NCBI GenBank assembly: GCA_002269645.1
Contig: NIVC01001631.1
Span: 192,949-256,948 of the forward strand
Length of the DNA: 64,000 bases
Source: Macrostomum lignano
Lineage: Eukaryota
Reading direction: 5' to 3'
The translations under genes and the position numbers were made by a program. The notes beneath the pieces are model-generated. The model was not told the DNA's origin and searched no databases. It saw only the letters and a program-made list of their open reading frames with translations. How positions within the stretch are numbered: the stretch's first letter is position 1; each line of letters begins with the position of its first letter. Below are positions 1 to 12,589 of the stretch, piece after piece.

Positions 1-876
1 AAGTCAGAGTCCAAGTGTACGACCCAGAGAGTGAGAAAGCGAGTGTTAAAGAGTTACTCAAATTGCGGGAAACGAGCTGCTTATTTAGAGCTGAAATCAA
101 AAAAGCCCCATGCGCGTGACTGCAGGTCGATGCACATGCAGGAACTCCGTGAACTCCCCTTGAACGAGTGAAGCAAACCGAGTGGCATCACCTAGCTGCC
201 TAGCCGTTACCGTGACTGGCTAAAAAATGGGTGGGTACGCTGCTTAAGGGTGGGGGATTGCGACATCACATTACATGGGAGAAATGACTTGCGGGAGGGG
301 AGTTCATTTGATGCTTTCTAGCTAGTTCGGTGATTCCGGAGCGGAGGTTGAGGTGCAGGGAAAGAGAAGTTGGGGAGCAGGGCATAGGGATGAGTACCTG
401 TCATCGAGCGAAGGGGCTTGGGTTGAGCTCTGACGGACTAATATACATGAATTTTTTATGGAAGGCTGACCGTGGTGACATCAAAACCATCATGGAATAG
501 TATTTAAAAATCGGTTAAAAATAAGTTAAATCTTCTTTGATAGGGCATCTTGTTCACGCAGCAACTTTTTATAATAAAGTTAAGCTAAAATTAGCTAAAA
601 CCTGTACCAGTAAATTTGAACTAACTAGAGTGATACGACGAGTTAACAATTTTTTTTGCACGAAATTAAAACTGCGTTTTTCGTCTGCGCCGCGCCGCGC
701 CGCCTTGATTGGAGCATCATCGCTCGCAACGTGCAAGCATCTTCTCTGTTGCGCGCACGTAGAGGGTAGAGATGCAGACTTTGCCTTGGTTCATCGCTGG
801 CCCGATCCCATTAAAAACTTTTTACTGAATCAACAACGAGAGTATCATCTTTTCTGTCGCTTTTCATTCTATTAGG

Positions 877-1098
877 NNNNNNNNNNNNNNNNNNNNNNNN
901 NNNNNNNNNNNNNNNNNNNNNNNNNNNNNNNNNNNNNNNNNNNNNNNNNNNNNNNNNNNNNNNNNNNNNNNNNNNNNNNNNNNNNNNNNNNNNNNNNNNN
1001 NNNNNNNNNNNNNNNNNNNNNNNNNNNNNNNNNNNNNNNNNNNNNNNNNNNNNNNNNNNNNNNNNNNNNNNNNNNNNNNNNNNNNNNNNNNNNNNNNN
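877..1098. other. Assembly gap (222 N)
   Basis: Run of N characters. Confidence 1.
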
Positions 1099-1599
1099 CC
1101 CTCCATCTCACCTCCAACCCCCCCTTCATTCCCCCCTCCATCTCCTCCTCCAACTCGAATCGGCTTCATTCCTACTAAAGCGATTTTCACAGAAAGCCCA
1201 ACCCACAGAGCCTGCCATGCAATTCCAGCGCCTTCCAAAAATAAGTTCGCATCCCATAACAAGCCCGTGTATCCCTGCTGTCTCCGCGCCAGCCCCTCTC
1301 GTCCGCCTCTGTCTCTTATGATGATTAAATTCTCGGCGCAGGATGAGGCTGAAGTTGAGCTGTCTGTCTATCGGCCCGAAACTTGATTGGGATCTGCTTA
1401 GCCCACGCAGCGAGAGAGGCGGCTGAGAAGGATGGGTAATAAGAATTGAGTCCGAGCTGCTCAGGGAGAAAGGATTTCGTTATCCCATCTTCCATCGCTA
1501 TTCCAGCTGGACTGTGTGTGATGTGACAAGAAAGTTTGTTGGGAAATTCTCTTCGTTGGCTGAGGTATGCAGGGACATTGCGAGGAGTTTTCATTTGGA

Positions 1600-2083
1600 G
1601 GCGCCAGCACCAGGGGCGCCAGCACCAGGGGCGCCAGCACCAGCACCAGGGGCGCCAGCACCAGGGGCGCCAGCACCAGGGGCGCCAGCACCAGGGGCGC
1701 CAGCACCAGGGGCGCCAGCACCAGGGGCGCCAGCACCAGGGGCGCCAGCACCAGGGCGCCAGCACCAGGGGCGCCAGCACCAGGGGCGCCAGCACCAGGG
1801 GCGCCAGCACCAGGGGCGCCAGCACCAGGGGCGCCAGCACCAGGGGCGCCAGCACCAGGGGCGCCAGCACCAGGGGCGCCAGCACCAGGGGCGCCAGCAC
1901 CAGGGGCGCCAGCACCAGGGGCGCCAGCACCAGGGGCGCCAGCACCAGGGGCGCCAGCACCAGGGGCGCCAGCACAGGGGCGCCAGCACCAGGGGCGCCA
2001 GCACCAGGGGCGCCAGCACCAGGGGCGCCAGCACCAGGGGCGCCAGCACCAGGGGCGCCAGCACCAGGGGGCCAGCACCAGGG
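1600..2083. repeat. 15-bp minisatellite (GGGGCGCCAGCACCA)n, array 1 of 3
   Basis: About 32 tandem copies with a few 14-bp or shortened units. No stop in any frame, which explains the GAPAP/RQHQG/WCWRP ORFs. Confidence 0.98.
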
Positions 2084-2599
2084 TGGGCTCCCTTTATTTA
2101 ATTTTTTTATTAGTAATCGAAAAATTACTTCAATAAAATATTTATTTTCTGGAGAAAAACTTGACTGATTCCTGGAAAAACTTTGAATTGGTGCCCAATT
2201 TTGTAACTGCTGCTGGTACAAAAATCCAAATCACTGACAAATTCCACTGATAAGCTTGGACGTCAATCAGTCGTTGACTTGATTGCAACTGGAACCTTTC
2301 TGATGCAGAGTCAAACTGGGAACGAACCTACCGTTAGATAATTGCTTTTAGAGATAAGAGCTGGCACCGATACCAGCTCAAGGACCACTAGGAACAGTAG
2401 TCCTTGTACCAGCTACGCTGGGAAAGCACAGTGTACCCAGGGGGTAGCAGCTCTGACTGGTCTGGTATATAGTGATTACACGCGGCTTGAGAGTTAGAGT
2501 TTGTAGATAAACTATTTTTGCTTGCGGTTCATTCAGGTAGTTGATTGAGACCTAACTGCATTGGAGTGTCGGCTCATGCAGTCTTAGGACGAGAAGTGA

Positions 2600-2995
2600 A
2601 TGGTGAGTAACGGAAAGTGACGCGAACCAGCTTGAAGTGATGTGTGGAAAGTGACGGGAACCAGGTCGAAGTGATGGAAAGTGACGGGAACCAGCTTGAA
2701 GTGATGGGTGGAAAGTGACGGGAACCAGCTCGAAGTGATGGATGGAAAGTGACGGGAACCAGCTCGAAGTTATGGGTGGAAAGTGACGGGAATCAGCTTG
2801 AAGTGATGGAAGTGATTGAAGTGATTGAAGTGATGAGCGATGGAATGTGACGGGAACCAGCTTGAAGTGATGGAATGTGACGGGAACCAGCTCGAAGTGA
2901 TGGGTGGAAAGTGACGGAACCAGGTCGAAGTGATGGGTGGAAAGTGACGGAAGCCAGCTCGAAGTGAGAAACTAACGCAAAGTGAACGGAAGTAG
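2600..2995. repeat. Degenerate ~31-35 bp tandem repeat (GGAAAGTGACGGGAACCAGCTCGAAGTGATG)
   Basis: About 10 diverged copies read by eye. Confidence 0.9.
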
Positions 2996-3399
2996 CTGGA
3001 GGCGATGGGAACCAATATGATGTTTATGACTTAAACAAATAACAACACCAACAGTGATTGAAAGTTAGTGGAAGCCAGATACTCGTAGTGACGGATTTGA
3101 ATAAAAAATATGATTCGCATTGCGAATTAATTTCCTAATCATTCGATTACCGCAGGCGTTTCTGGGCCAGCGCCCTTGGCCGCGGCGGCCTCGCTCTGCT
3201 CGGACTCGGCTCCCTGCTGCTCACAGTCTCCGTGCTGCATCACTGCTGCAAGCCTGACACTCGAAAATTGGTGAGCGAAAGAAGTAACCCCAGAAACAAC
3301 AAAATTACATGTGAACGTACTCAAGAAACAAAATTAGAGACCCTATTGAAGACCCTTGACAACCAAATTACAAGAGTTGTTGTCAGCAACAGTACAACA

Positions 3400-4250
3400 T
3401 GTCCTTGACAATACGATCTTGACAAGAACAATGCAGCACATCCTTTGACAACAAAAGTACAACACGTCTTTGACAACAAGAATAAATGCGTCCTTGCAAA
3501 CAACGGTAAAGACGTCCTTGAGAACAACATTAAGGACGTCCTTGACAACAACAGTAAGGACGTCCTTGACAACAACAGTAAAGACGTCCTTGACAACAAA
3601 AGTAAGGACGTCCTTGACAGCAACATTAAGGACGTCCTTGACAACAACAGTAAGGACGTCCTTGACAGCAACATTAAGGACGTCCTTGACAACAACAGTA
3701 AGGACGTCCTTGACAGCAACATTAAGGACGTCCTTGACAACAACAGTAAGGACGTCCTTGACAGCAACATTAAGGACGTCCTTGACAACAACAGTAAAAA
3801 CAAGGCCTTGACAACAACATTAAGGACGTCCTTGACAACAACAGTAAGGACGTCCTTGACAACAACAGTAAGGAAGTCCTTGACAACAGCAATACAACAA
3901 GTCCTCGGCAGCAAAATTAAGGACGTCCTTGACAACAACAGTAAGGACGTCCTTGACAACAACAGTAAGGACGTCCTTGACAACAACAGTAAGGACGTCC
4001 TTGACAACAACAGTAAACAAGGCCTTGACAACAACAATAAGAACGTCCTTGACAGCAACATTAAGGACGTCTTTGACAACAACAGTAAACAAGGCCTTGA
4101 CAACAACAGTAAGGACGTCCTTGACAACAACATTAAGGACGTCCTTGACAACAACAGTAAGGATGTCCTTGACAACAACAGTAAGGAAGTCCTTGACAAC
4201 AACAGTAAGGACGTCCTTGACAACAACAGTAAGGACGTCCTTGACAACCA
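3400..4250. repeat. 24-bp minisatellite (GTCCTTGACAACAACAGTAAGGAC)n
   Basis: About 30 copies with ACAGT/ACATT variants. Unit junction forms the 12-bp palindrome AAGGACGTCCTT. Confidence 0.97.
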
Positions 4251-4800
4251 GATCAAAATGAGCTTGGCAAGCAAAGTAACTCTTTTGCCAGCTTGAACGA
4301 AAATTTTTAACACTCAGAGTTACATTCTGACATTTCATTGATAAAGACACGCGAAATTGTAAATTCAAGCCACTTGTTCTCAAACTGCTGCTCAACTATC
4401 CGCTTCAGTTTTACAATGGACAATCAGGCGCATCACTTCGACCCGAAAAATCCGTTTTAATGAGTAGCAGGGGGTTAGATGAGTAGCTGTAGCCTCGAGC
4501 AGGAGCCCAGTGGCATCATTAAAGTGCTTCGTGCAGAGTAAAATCGATCAAAACACCAGCCTTATGTGGGAATTGTCAGTCAAATTAATCGAAGCTCGAT
4601 CGAATGGCTCGCCAAGTTCTTTCGGGGGTGAAATGTTTTTCATTGATTTGATGAAGCTTCCGATAGAAGCTCCCCATTGAATAGCTCATGGGTTCTTTGT
4701 TCATGAAATATCAACATGTAAGCATTTCATTTTTATATGTTTGCTAAATGCTTTGAACCTTCCTCTGTTTTCTACTGCGAATTTATTCCTTATTCCATAA

Positions 4801-5466
<666 letters not shown>

Positions 5467-5531
5467 GTGTCTATGCATAATTGAACTCAAAATCTATATG
5501 CACATCCTGAAATCTCTGTAATCTCCTCCAG

Positions 5532-5837
5532 GTTCTGAAGCGCGCAGACTCTATCAGGAGCTCCTGCAGCCGCTGTTGCCGCCGTCTCCGCGCCATCTGC
5601 TGCCCAGTGAGCCGCCTGTCGGCCTCGAGCGGTCGCCACCGAGTGAATGACCAGCTGGTCGATTGCGACAGCCAGGAACAGCTCAACCTTGACGACCGTC
5701 TGCTGGCTCAGGTGCCGTCGGCAGTCGACCCAGAAGATGCATCAGCCTTGGAGGCCGCGGCCAACGCCGACGAGCTGAAATCGCAGCGACAGGGACTCCT
5801 GGCCATGGACATCTCGAATGCTTGGGCGCAAGTTTGA
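5532..5837 (+). CDS. Probable terminal coding exon of an unidentified gene (Cys-clustered then acidic C-terminal tail)
   Basis: Acceptor tctcctccAG at 5530-5531. Open frame VLKRADSIRSSCSRCCRRLRAICCP...DISNAWAQV* of 101 codons, GC-rich codon usage like the other exons, AT-rich sequence after the stop. Upstream exons not found and phase assumed. Confidence 0.5.
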   Translation, partial: VLKRADSIRSSCSRCCRRLRAICCPVSRLSASSGRHRVNDQLVDCDSQEQLNLDDRLLAQVPSAVDPEDASALEAAANADELKSQRQGLLAMDISNAWAQV

Positions 5838-6548
5838 TTTTGATAGGCCATATTATCGATCAGCTGTTTTGTTGTTTTCCGGTGAATATAGAACTGAAGT
5901 TTATTACATGTACATGTATTTGTACTAAATCTTATCGTACGTTTGCATGAAAATTAATGCTTCGATAATACTTTTTCGACAAGTGTTACTCGTATATTCA
6001 ATTTATCATAGCTACAAGTGCATGTGTATGATATATGCGGACAGCGCGTTCGTAAAAACGGAGAAAATTAATCTAGTATGAGTCACATAGGCAGATGAGC
6101 AGCAGTTTATATACAATAATTTTACATGTTTTGCACATTTATGCATGCTGTAGTACACCAAAGGCGTTCCAAACATTATATGTACATATACATTTATATG
6201 TAACTTAGTTCCTACATGTAATTTTTAGCGTTTCAGTTACTCGCATGTACATGTATATCTAAAATTTACATAAATACAAATTTTTGTCGAGTGCTCTTAA
6301 ATCGTAGATCGCACTTATATGGATGCTATAGATATATAGCAACCCACTACACGTCTTGCTTACGTTTTGAGTCATATTTGTTGAGTTTTTTTTCGAGAAA
6401 TGCTCGTTTGATTAAAATAAAACATTCACGTCGGCAGGTGAATCGCCACAGTTGTTTGCTTTGTCTTTGCCGTGAACAAAGACAGGACTGTACTGTCCTG
6501 GCCTGGGCTGCGGACCCTCCGCAGCAGGGCCAGTATGCGTTCTCCCAC

Positions 6549-6594
6549 TGACTAAGCAGCACCGATTGTTCCCCTCACTGACTCACCCGAGTCA
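6549..6594. promoter_or_regulatory. Candidate bZIP sites (ARE-like TGACTAAGCA; AP-1 TGACTCA and inverted GAGTCA) about 1 kb upstream of ZDHHC
   Basis: Motif match to established AP-1/CNC-Maf consensus only. Confidence 0.2.
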
Positions 6595-7571
6595 CCCCTA
6601 CTGCACGCTCCCCATTGCTTCATGCTGCGCATCCCCTGTACGTTCTTGTTCGTGCCACAGCACGCCTATACGGTTCGGGCCCCAGAGCCCAGAAATATAA
6701 TGACGGCAAACACGACCCCCTCGGTCTCTCTACGTTTTTACTGACTGCCTGCCTTGCCTGATCACGAGATCCGCTCCCAGGCAGAGCTTTGGACTAAACG
6801 TCAAGACTTACTTCTAAGTCATTACAGTACAATGAACATGTCATCATGTACTGGTATATTCTGGTATCGAAGTTTATATTGTTATTGCAGCGTTGGGCTT
6901 TTGTTAAACTTGTACGCAATATTTAACGATACTGGCCATCAATTTGCATTAATGAGCAGAACCTTAGGAAAATTTTCGACGCAGGTATTTTGATATAAAT
7001 ATGCAACTTAACTCAAAATCTCATCATTTTTTGAAATATAGCCCAGCAGCGACAATGCTATTATGTCTCACTTTGACTAATATTTGTCTCATTTGTTTTT
7101 CTGTACACATTGAACTTGTCAGATGGCGTCGGGTACTTTTTAAAATCACATTTATTTCTTCGAAGCGATTTGTGCACTACATAAAAAGTCGAAGTTATTT
7201 GTCCCATTGAATCTTACTCATGCATAATTAAAATCTGAACATTTTCAAAGCTGATTAAATGTTGGAAAACTTTAAACAATACTGAATTTGACGCAGTTAA
7301 ACTTTACAGTTACTGTTCGAGTCAACAAGTATTGCTTAATGTTTATTTAAATCAATTCAAATTAAAGGAAGAACGATTCCTAAGTATTATTTTCTACAGG
7401 CCATAACATAGACAAACCCTTAACCCTGTATCCATTAATCAAATAAGGTTATAAAATTTGAGTTTTATTGTTCGTTAACTTTCTTGTTTTTATGCATTTT
7501 ATCTCATTTTGAGCGAAATTGAATTAAACAAAGCAAACAGCAAATTAATTTAATTTACAATAAAAACAGTC

Positions 7572-10500
7572 ATGACTATGAGTGAATGTCTTAAAAGAGT
7601 ATATTGCTTTGTAAAAACCCTACCACTTATTTTTATTATCATTCTAATTGGATGGTCATACTATGCCTTTGTTGTTGCATTATGCATTAGTAAGTATATA
7701 AATAAATAGTATTTATTAGATAAAAGTGCTTGTTTATTAATATAATATTAAGGAAAAATAAGCATTACTTAACATTATCCTTCATTTGTTTATTTTAGAT
7801 TCTGTTCCTGCTGAAAAAGTTGGTGAAAAAGGTTTGTTATTAAAAACAAGCATTATAAGATACTTCTATTTTTTAACAAACTTAATTTTTTTAGCATTTC
7901 TATTTTGATATATTTCAATTGAAGGAATATTATATGCCATTTTTCCCTGCTCAACAAAAATAATTTTAGTGGCATTGATTATATTCTACCATGTGTTCTT
8001 TGGAATGTTTGTATGGTCATACATACAAACTATCATTGCAAGACCTAAAATACCACCAAAAGAAGTGAGTTAGTTCAATGAATAAATTTTTACTTTACAG
8101 TTATTGTAACAAATTTATGAATAATACTTATAATATAAAAATATTAAATTTAAATTCATATGCTACTTTTATATCCTCATATAATAATATTTGAAATTTT
8201 ATTTGTTTACTTTCAAATCTATAGTTTCTCTTGTCAAATGCGGAGTTTCTGGAGCATCAATCGAATTCTGAGGAACCTAGCAGACAAAGGGACCAGCTTT
8301 TGCGTATCATAGCTGACAAGCATCTGCCAGTGTTTACCAGGGGCATGCAGAACTCAATTCGAGTTTGTCAAATCTGTCAGCTGATCAAGCCTGACAGAGC
8401 GCATCATTGTGCCACATGTGGAATGTGAGTTGACTTAGTTTTTCAAGATTACAAGCTGTGCAGTTCAATCTGATGATCTTACTATATTCTTGTTATTAAG
8501 ACACTATTAACTATGGCATCCTTAACCTGACTAACACCCCATTTAGTGCACCTCCCTTGACTGACACCCCATTTTAGTGCACCTCCCTTGACTGACACCC
8601 CATTTTAGTGCACCTCCCTTGAATGGCACCCCATTTTAGTGCCCCTCCCTTGAATGGCACCCCATTTTAGTGCCCCTCCCTTGATTGACATCCCGTTTTG
8701 GCTCCCTAACCTGACACCCAATTTTGGCTCCCCTCGCCTGACACCCCATTCTGGCTCCCCTCACCTGACACCCCATTGTGGCTCCCCTCACCTGACACCC
8801 ATTGTGGCTCCCCCGCCTCCCCTCACCTGACACCCAATTTTGGCTCCCCTCACCTGACACCCCATTGTGGCTCCCCTCAACTGACACCCATTGTGGCTCC
8901 CTCACCTGACACCTCATTTAAGCAACCTCATCTGACACCTTCATCGTGGCTTCCCTCACCTGACACCCCATTGTGGCTTCCCTCACCTGACACCCCATTG
9001 TGGCTTCCCTCGTCTGACACCTATTTAGGCACCCTCATCTGACCCCATTTAGGCACCCTCATCTGACACCCCATTGTGGCTTCCCTCACCTGACACCCCA
9101 TTGTGGCTTCCCTCGTCTGACACCTATTTAGGCACCCTCATCTGACCCCATTTAGGCACCCTCATCTGACACCCCATTGTGGCTTCCCTCACCTGACACC
9201 CCATTGTGGCTTCCCTCGTCTGACACCTATTTAGGCACCCTCATCTGACCCCATTTAGGCACCCTCATCTGACACCCCATTGTGGCTTCCCTCACCTGAC
9301 ACCCCATTGTGGCTTCCCTCGTCTGACACCTATTTAGGCACCCTCATCTGACCCCATTTAGGCACCCTCATCTGACACCCCATTGTGGCTTCCCTCACCT
9401 GACACCCCATTGTGGCTTCCCTCGTCTGACACCTATTTAGGCACCCTCATCTGACCCCATTTAGGCACCCTCATCTGACCCAATTTAGGCACCCTCATCT
9501 GACACCCCATTGTGGCTTCCCTCACCTGACACCCCATTGTGGCTTCCCTCGTATGACACCTATTTAGGCACCCTCATCTTACCCCATTTAGGCACCCTCA
9601 TCTGACACCCTCATCGTGGCTTCCCTCACCTGACACCCCTTTTAGGCACCCTCATCTGACACCCATTACGGTGTCCTTAAACCCAGCTCTGAAAAATGAT
9701 AAAATTCTATCGTTCAAAATTCAAATTCAAGTCACTCAAATCAATTTTTACTAATTCAGATGTCTGCTTAAAATGGATCACCATTGCCCGTGGGTTAACA
9801 ACTGTGTCGGATATCACAATTACAAATATTTTGTACTGTTTTTGCTCTATGGCGCCCTGTATTGCTGCTACACTGGCAGCGGGTCTGCAAAGTACTTTGT
9901 GGACTTTTGGATGGTAATATTTTCTATTATTGCTTCATTGAGTTTTTGAATTTTATTGGGTATGTTTAATAATCAATCTCACCAACCACTTCAGGAGGGC
10001 GTATCAGATATCCAAGCCTTCCGTTTTCACGTCCTGTTTCTATTCTTTGCTGCCTGGATGTTCTGCATATCCCTGCTAGCCTTGGGCGGCTATCACCTGC
10101 ACTTGGCCATGAGCAACCTCACCACCTTGGAGAGCTTCAGAGCACCGGTGCTGGCGGGCACCGGTGGCCCTGACAAACGGGCTTACAATGTTGGTGCTGC
10201 CAGAAACTTCTGCCAGGTGTTTGGTAACACCTGCTACCTGTGGTTCCTGCCCGTGAGGAACTGGTGAGTTGTTGCTACATGTTTGGTTGGTTGCTGAGGA
10301 AGGGTTTTTGGAAGCTTAGTGGGATTTGAAATGGGGAGATTTGTGGATCCAAAGATGGGGAGATTTGTGGGTCCAAAGATGGGGAGATTTGTGGGTCCAA
10401 AAATGGGGAAATTTGTGGGGTTTGAAATAGAAATTAGGGAAAGTTTTGGGATTTAAAATGGGGATATTTGTGTGTTTGAAGTGGGGAGATTTGTGGGTCC

Positions 10501-11418
10501 AAAATAGGGGGATTTGTGTGTTTGAAATGGGGATATTTGTGTGTTTGAAGTGGGGAGATTTGTGGGTCCAAAATAGGGGGATTTGTGTGTTTGAAATGGG
10601 GATATTTGTGTGTTTTTAATAGGGAGATTTTTGTGATTCGAAATGGGGAGATTTGTTTGTTTTTAATAGGGAGATTTGTATGATTTGAAATAGGGCGATT
10701 TGTGTAATCAAAAAGGGAAAATGTGGGATAAAATAAGAATAAATGTGGGATCAAATGGGAATAAATGTGGGATCAAAATGGGAATAAATGTGGGATCAAA
10801 TGGGAATAAATGTGGGATCAAAATGGGAATAAATGTGGGATCAAAATGGGAATAAATGTGGGATCAAAATGGGAATAAATGTGGGATCAAATGGGAATAA
10901 ATGTGGGATCAAAATGGGAATAAATGTGGGATCAAAATGGGAATAAATGTGGGATCAAAATGGGAATAAATGTGGGATCAAAATGGGAATAAATGTGGGA
11001 TCAAAATGGGAATAAATGTGGGATCAAAATGGGAATAAATGTGGGATCAAAATGGGAATAAATGTGGGATCAAAATGGGAATAAATGTGGGATCAAAATG
11101 GGAATAAATGTGGGATCAAAATGGGAATAAATGTGGGATCAAAATGGGATAAATGTGGGATCAAAATGGGATAAATGTGGGATCAAAATGGGAATAAATG
11201 AGGGATTTTCGGCGGTGAAAAAAAGATTTTTAAGCGCATCTTAGATTAGCTTTGGTTAAAAGCAGAAAAGAATAAATTTGAATTACCGAATAGGTAATTA
11301 TTGCATTAAAAATCATTTATCTCGCAGGCAAACGGACGGCATCAATTGGCAGCACAGAGCCAGCTACAGTCCGGGACAGCAGAGCTATGCGAGCATGGAA
11401 TCCGGTCATGCCGAGTGA
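7572..11418 (+). CDS. ZDHHC2: DHHC palmitoyltransferase, ZDHHC2/15/20 subfamily (co-ortholog; exact paralogue not assignable)
   Basis: Exons 7572-7689, 7799-7831, 7970-8064, 8225-8424, 9760-9913, 9995-10263, 11328-11418, all GT-AG with matching phases. Motifs: [11 protein letters not shown]; [15 protein letters not shown]; [18 protein letters not shown]; [15 protein letters not shown] (DHHC at 9776-9787); NLTTLESF; WFLPV..DG. Last exon may stop at 11418 or splice on. Confidence 0.95.
8520..9670. repeat. Composite minisatellite in ZDHHC intron 4 (24-30 bp units, 103-bp higher-order repeat)
   Basis: CTGACACCCCATT core. HOR landmark CGTCTGACACCTATTTAGG at 9011, 9114, 9217, 9320, 9423. Confidence 0.95.
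10310..11200. repeat. Minisatellite in ZDHHC intron 6 (degenerate AAATGGGGAGATTTGTG... grading into 23-bp AAATGTGGGATCAAAATGGGAAT)
   Basis: Homogeneous 23-bp period from about 10735 to 11200. Confidence 0.95.
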
Positions 11419-11437
11419 GTGATACTACTTACAAGGC

Positions 11438-11986
11438 TTCGTGCCCCCCCCCCCCTTCAGCAGGCTTGGTGCCCCCCCCTTCCAGCAGGCTTGGTGCCCC
11501 CCTTCCAGAAGGCTTGGTGCCCCCCCCTTCCAGAAGGCTTGGTGCCCCCCCCTTCCAGCAGGCTTGGTGCCCCCCCCTTCCAGCAGGCTTGGTGCCCCCT
11601 TCCAGAAGGCTTGGTGCCCCCCCCTTCCAGAAGGCTTGGTGCCCCCCCCCCTTCCAGCAGGCTTGGTGCCCCCCCCTTCCAGCAGGCTTGGTGCCCCCTT
11701 CCAGAAGGCTTGGTGCCCCCCCCCCCTTCCAGAAGGCTTGGTGCCCCCCTTCCAGCAGGCTTGGTGCCCCCCTTCCAGCAGGCTTGGTGCCCCCCCTCCA
11801 GCAGGCTTGGTGCCTCCCCCTCCAGCAGGCTTGGTGCCCCCTTCCAGCAGGCTTGGTGCCCCCCTTCCAGCAGGCTTGGTGCCCCCCCCCTCCAGCAGGC
11901 TTGGTGCCTCCCCCTCCAGCAGGCTTGGTGCCCCCCCCCTCCAGCAGGCTTGGTGCCCCCCCCCCCCTCCAGCAGGCTTGGTGCCC
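11438..11986. repeat. ~22-26 bp minisatellite (CCCC)TTCCAGCAGGCTTGGTGC with variable C-run
   Basis: About 23 copies just downstream of the last ZDHHC exon. Confidence 0.97.
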
Positions 11987-12230
11987 TGAGCCAATTGCCT
12001 CCATCCCAATCAGAAATCCTGACTATAAGCTCCTGAGTGACTCTAGCTGTTCTAGGGCAACTCTAGTGACTTTTTAACGACTCAAACGACTGTAATGCAA
12101 CACATCAGAAGCGATTGTTGAGTTCCGGGGAGTTGCAGAATCGGTAAAAAGTCGTTCAAAAGTTATTGTGTTAACGCTGAAGTTTCTACTAACTTACTAC
12201 TAGATGCGAAATGCAATTCTAATTCATTAA

Positions 12231-12288
12231 GTTGACGCACATGCGCTTTAGACAGCAGGCTTGGTGTCCAAAGCGCATGTGCGTCAAC
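12231..12288. other. 24-bp inverted repeat / hairpin (pre-miRNA-sized)
   Basis: GTTGACGCACATGCGCTTT-A-GACA pairs with TGTC-C-AAAGCGCATGTGCGTCAAC; one mismatch, 10-nt loop. Confidence 0.8.
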
Positions 12289-12589
12289 CTATTGATTGAC
12301 ACATATGCGCACATGACGCATTTCAACCTATTGAACTTGCAGCAGTCCATCGAGAACGCCAATTGAAAAGCAGCAACTGGTGCCAACCTCAACCAGCGGT
12401 CGAGCCGATCAAGTCTGGCCAGAATCGGAGACGCAATAATAAACACGCTTAAATACTACTTATTTTTATTAACAATTTTGAGTAGTACGATCGCGCGTGA
12501 TTGTAAACTAATGCAAAAAATTGTAGGTGTGTATTCTTGAAATTGGGAACATTTTCTGTTATTTTTTGGTAGTTAAATTAGAAAATATT

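Noticed and set aside
1325-2221. Six-frame GAPAP/RQHQG/GASTR/WCWRP/LVLAP ORFs here and at 24177-24649 and 53346-54206
   Set aside because: The stop-free 15-bp unit opens all frames. Two arrays lie inside well-defined introns and frames switch at single-base deletions.
1-2460. Exon-like GC-moderate patches (1-450, 1150-1600, 2180-2460)
   Set aside because: Several frames are open for 50-110 codons, but there is no recognisable motif and no consistent splice chain. The N gap blocks resolution.
3139-3324. Minus-strand ORF ending ...EQQGAESEQSEAAAAKGAGPETPAVIE*
   Set aside because: Codon usage is exon-like, but no partner exons or family signal were found. Possible terminal exon, too weak to call.
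3445-4296. 283-aa KDVLDNNS repeat ORF
   Set aside because: A 24-bp period explains openness on both strands, variants show no clear synonymous bias, and there is no unique domain attached.
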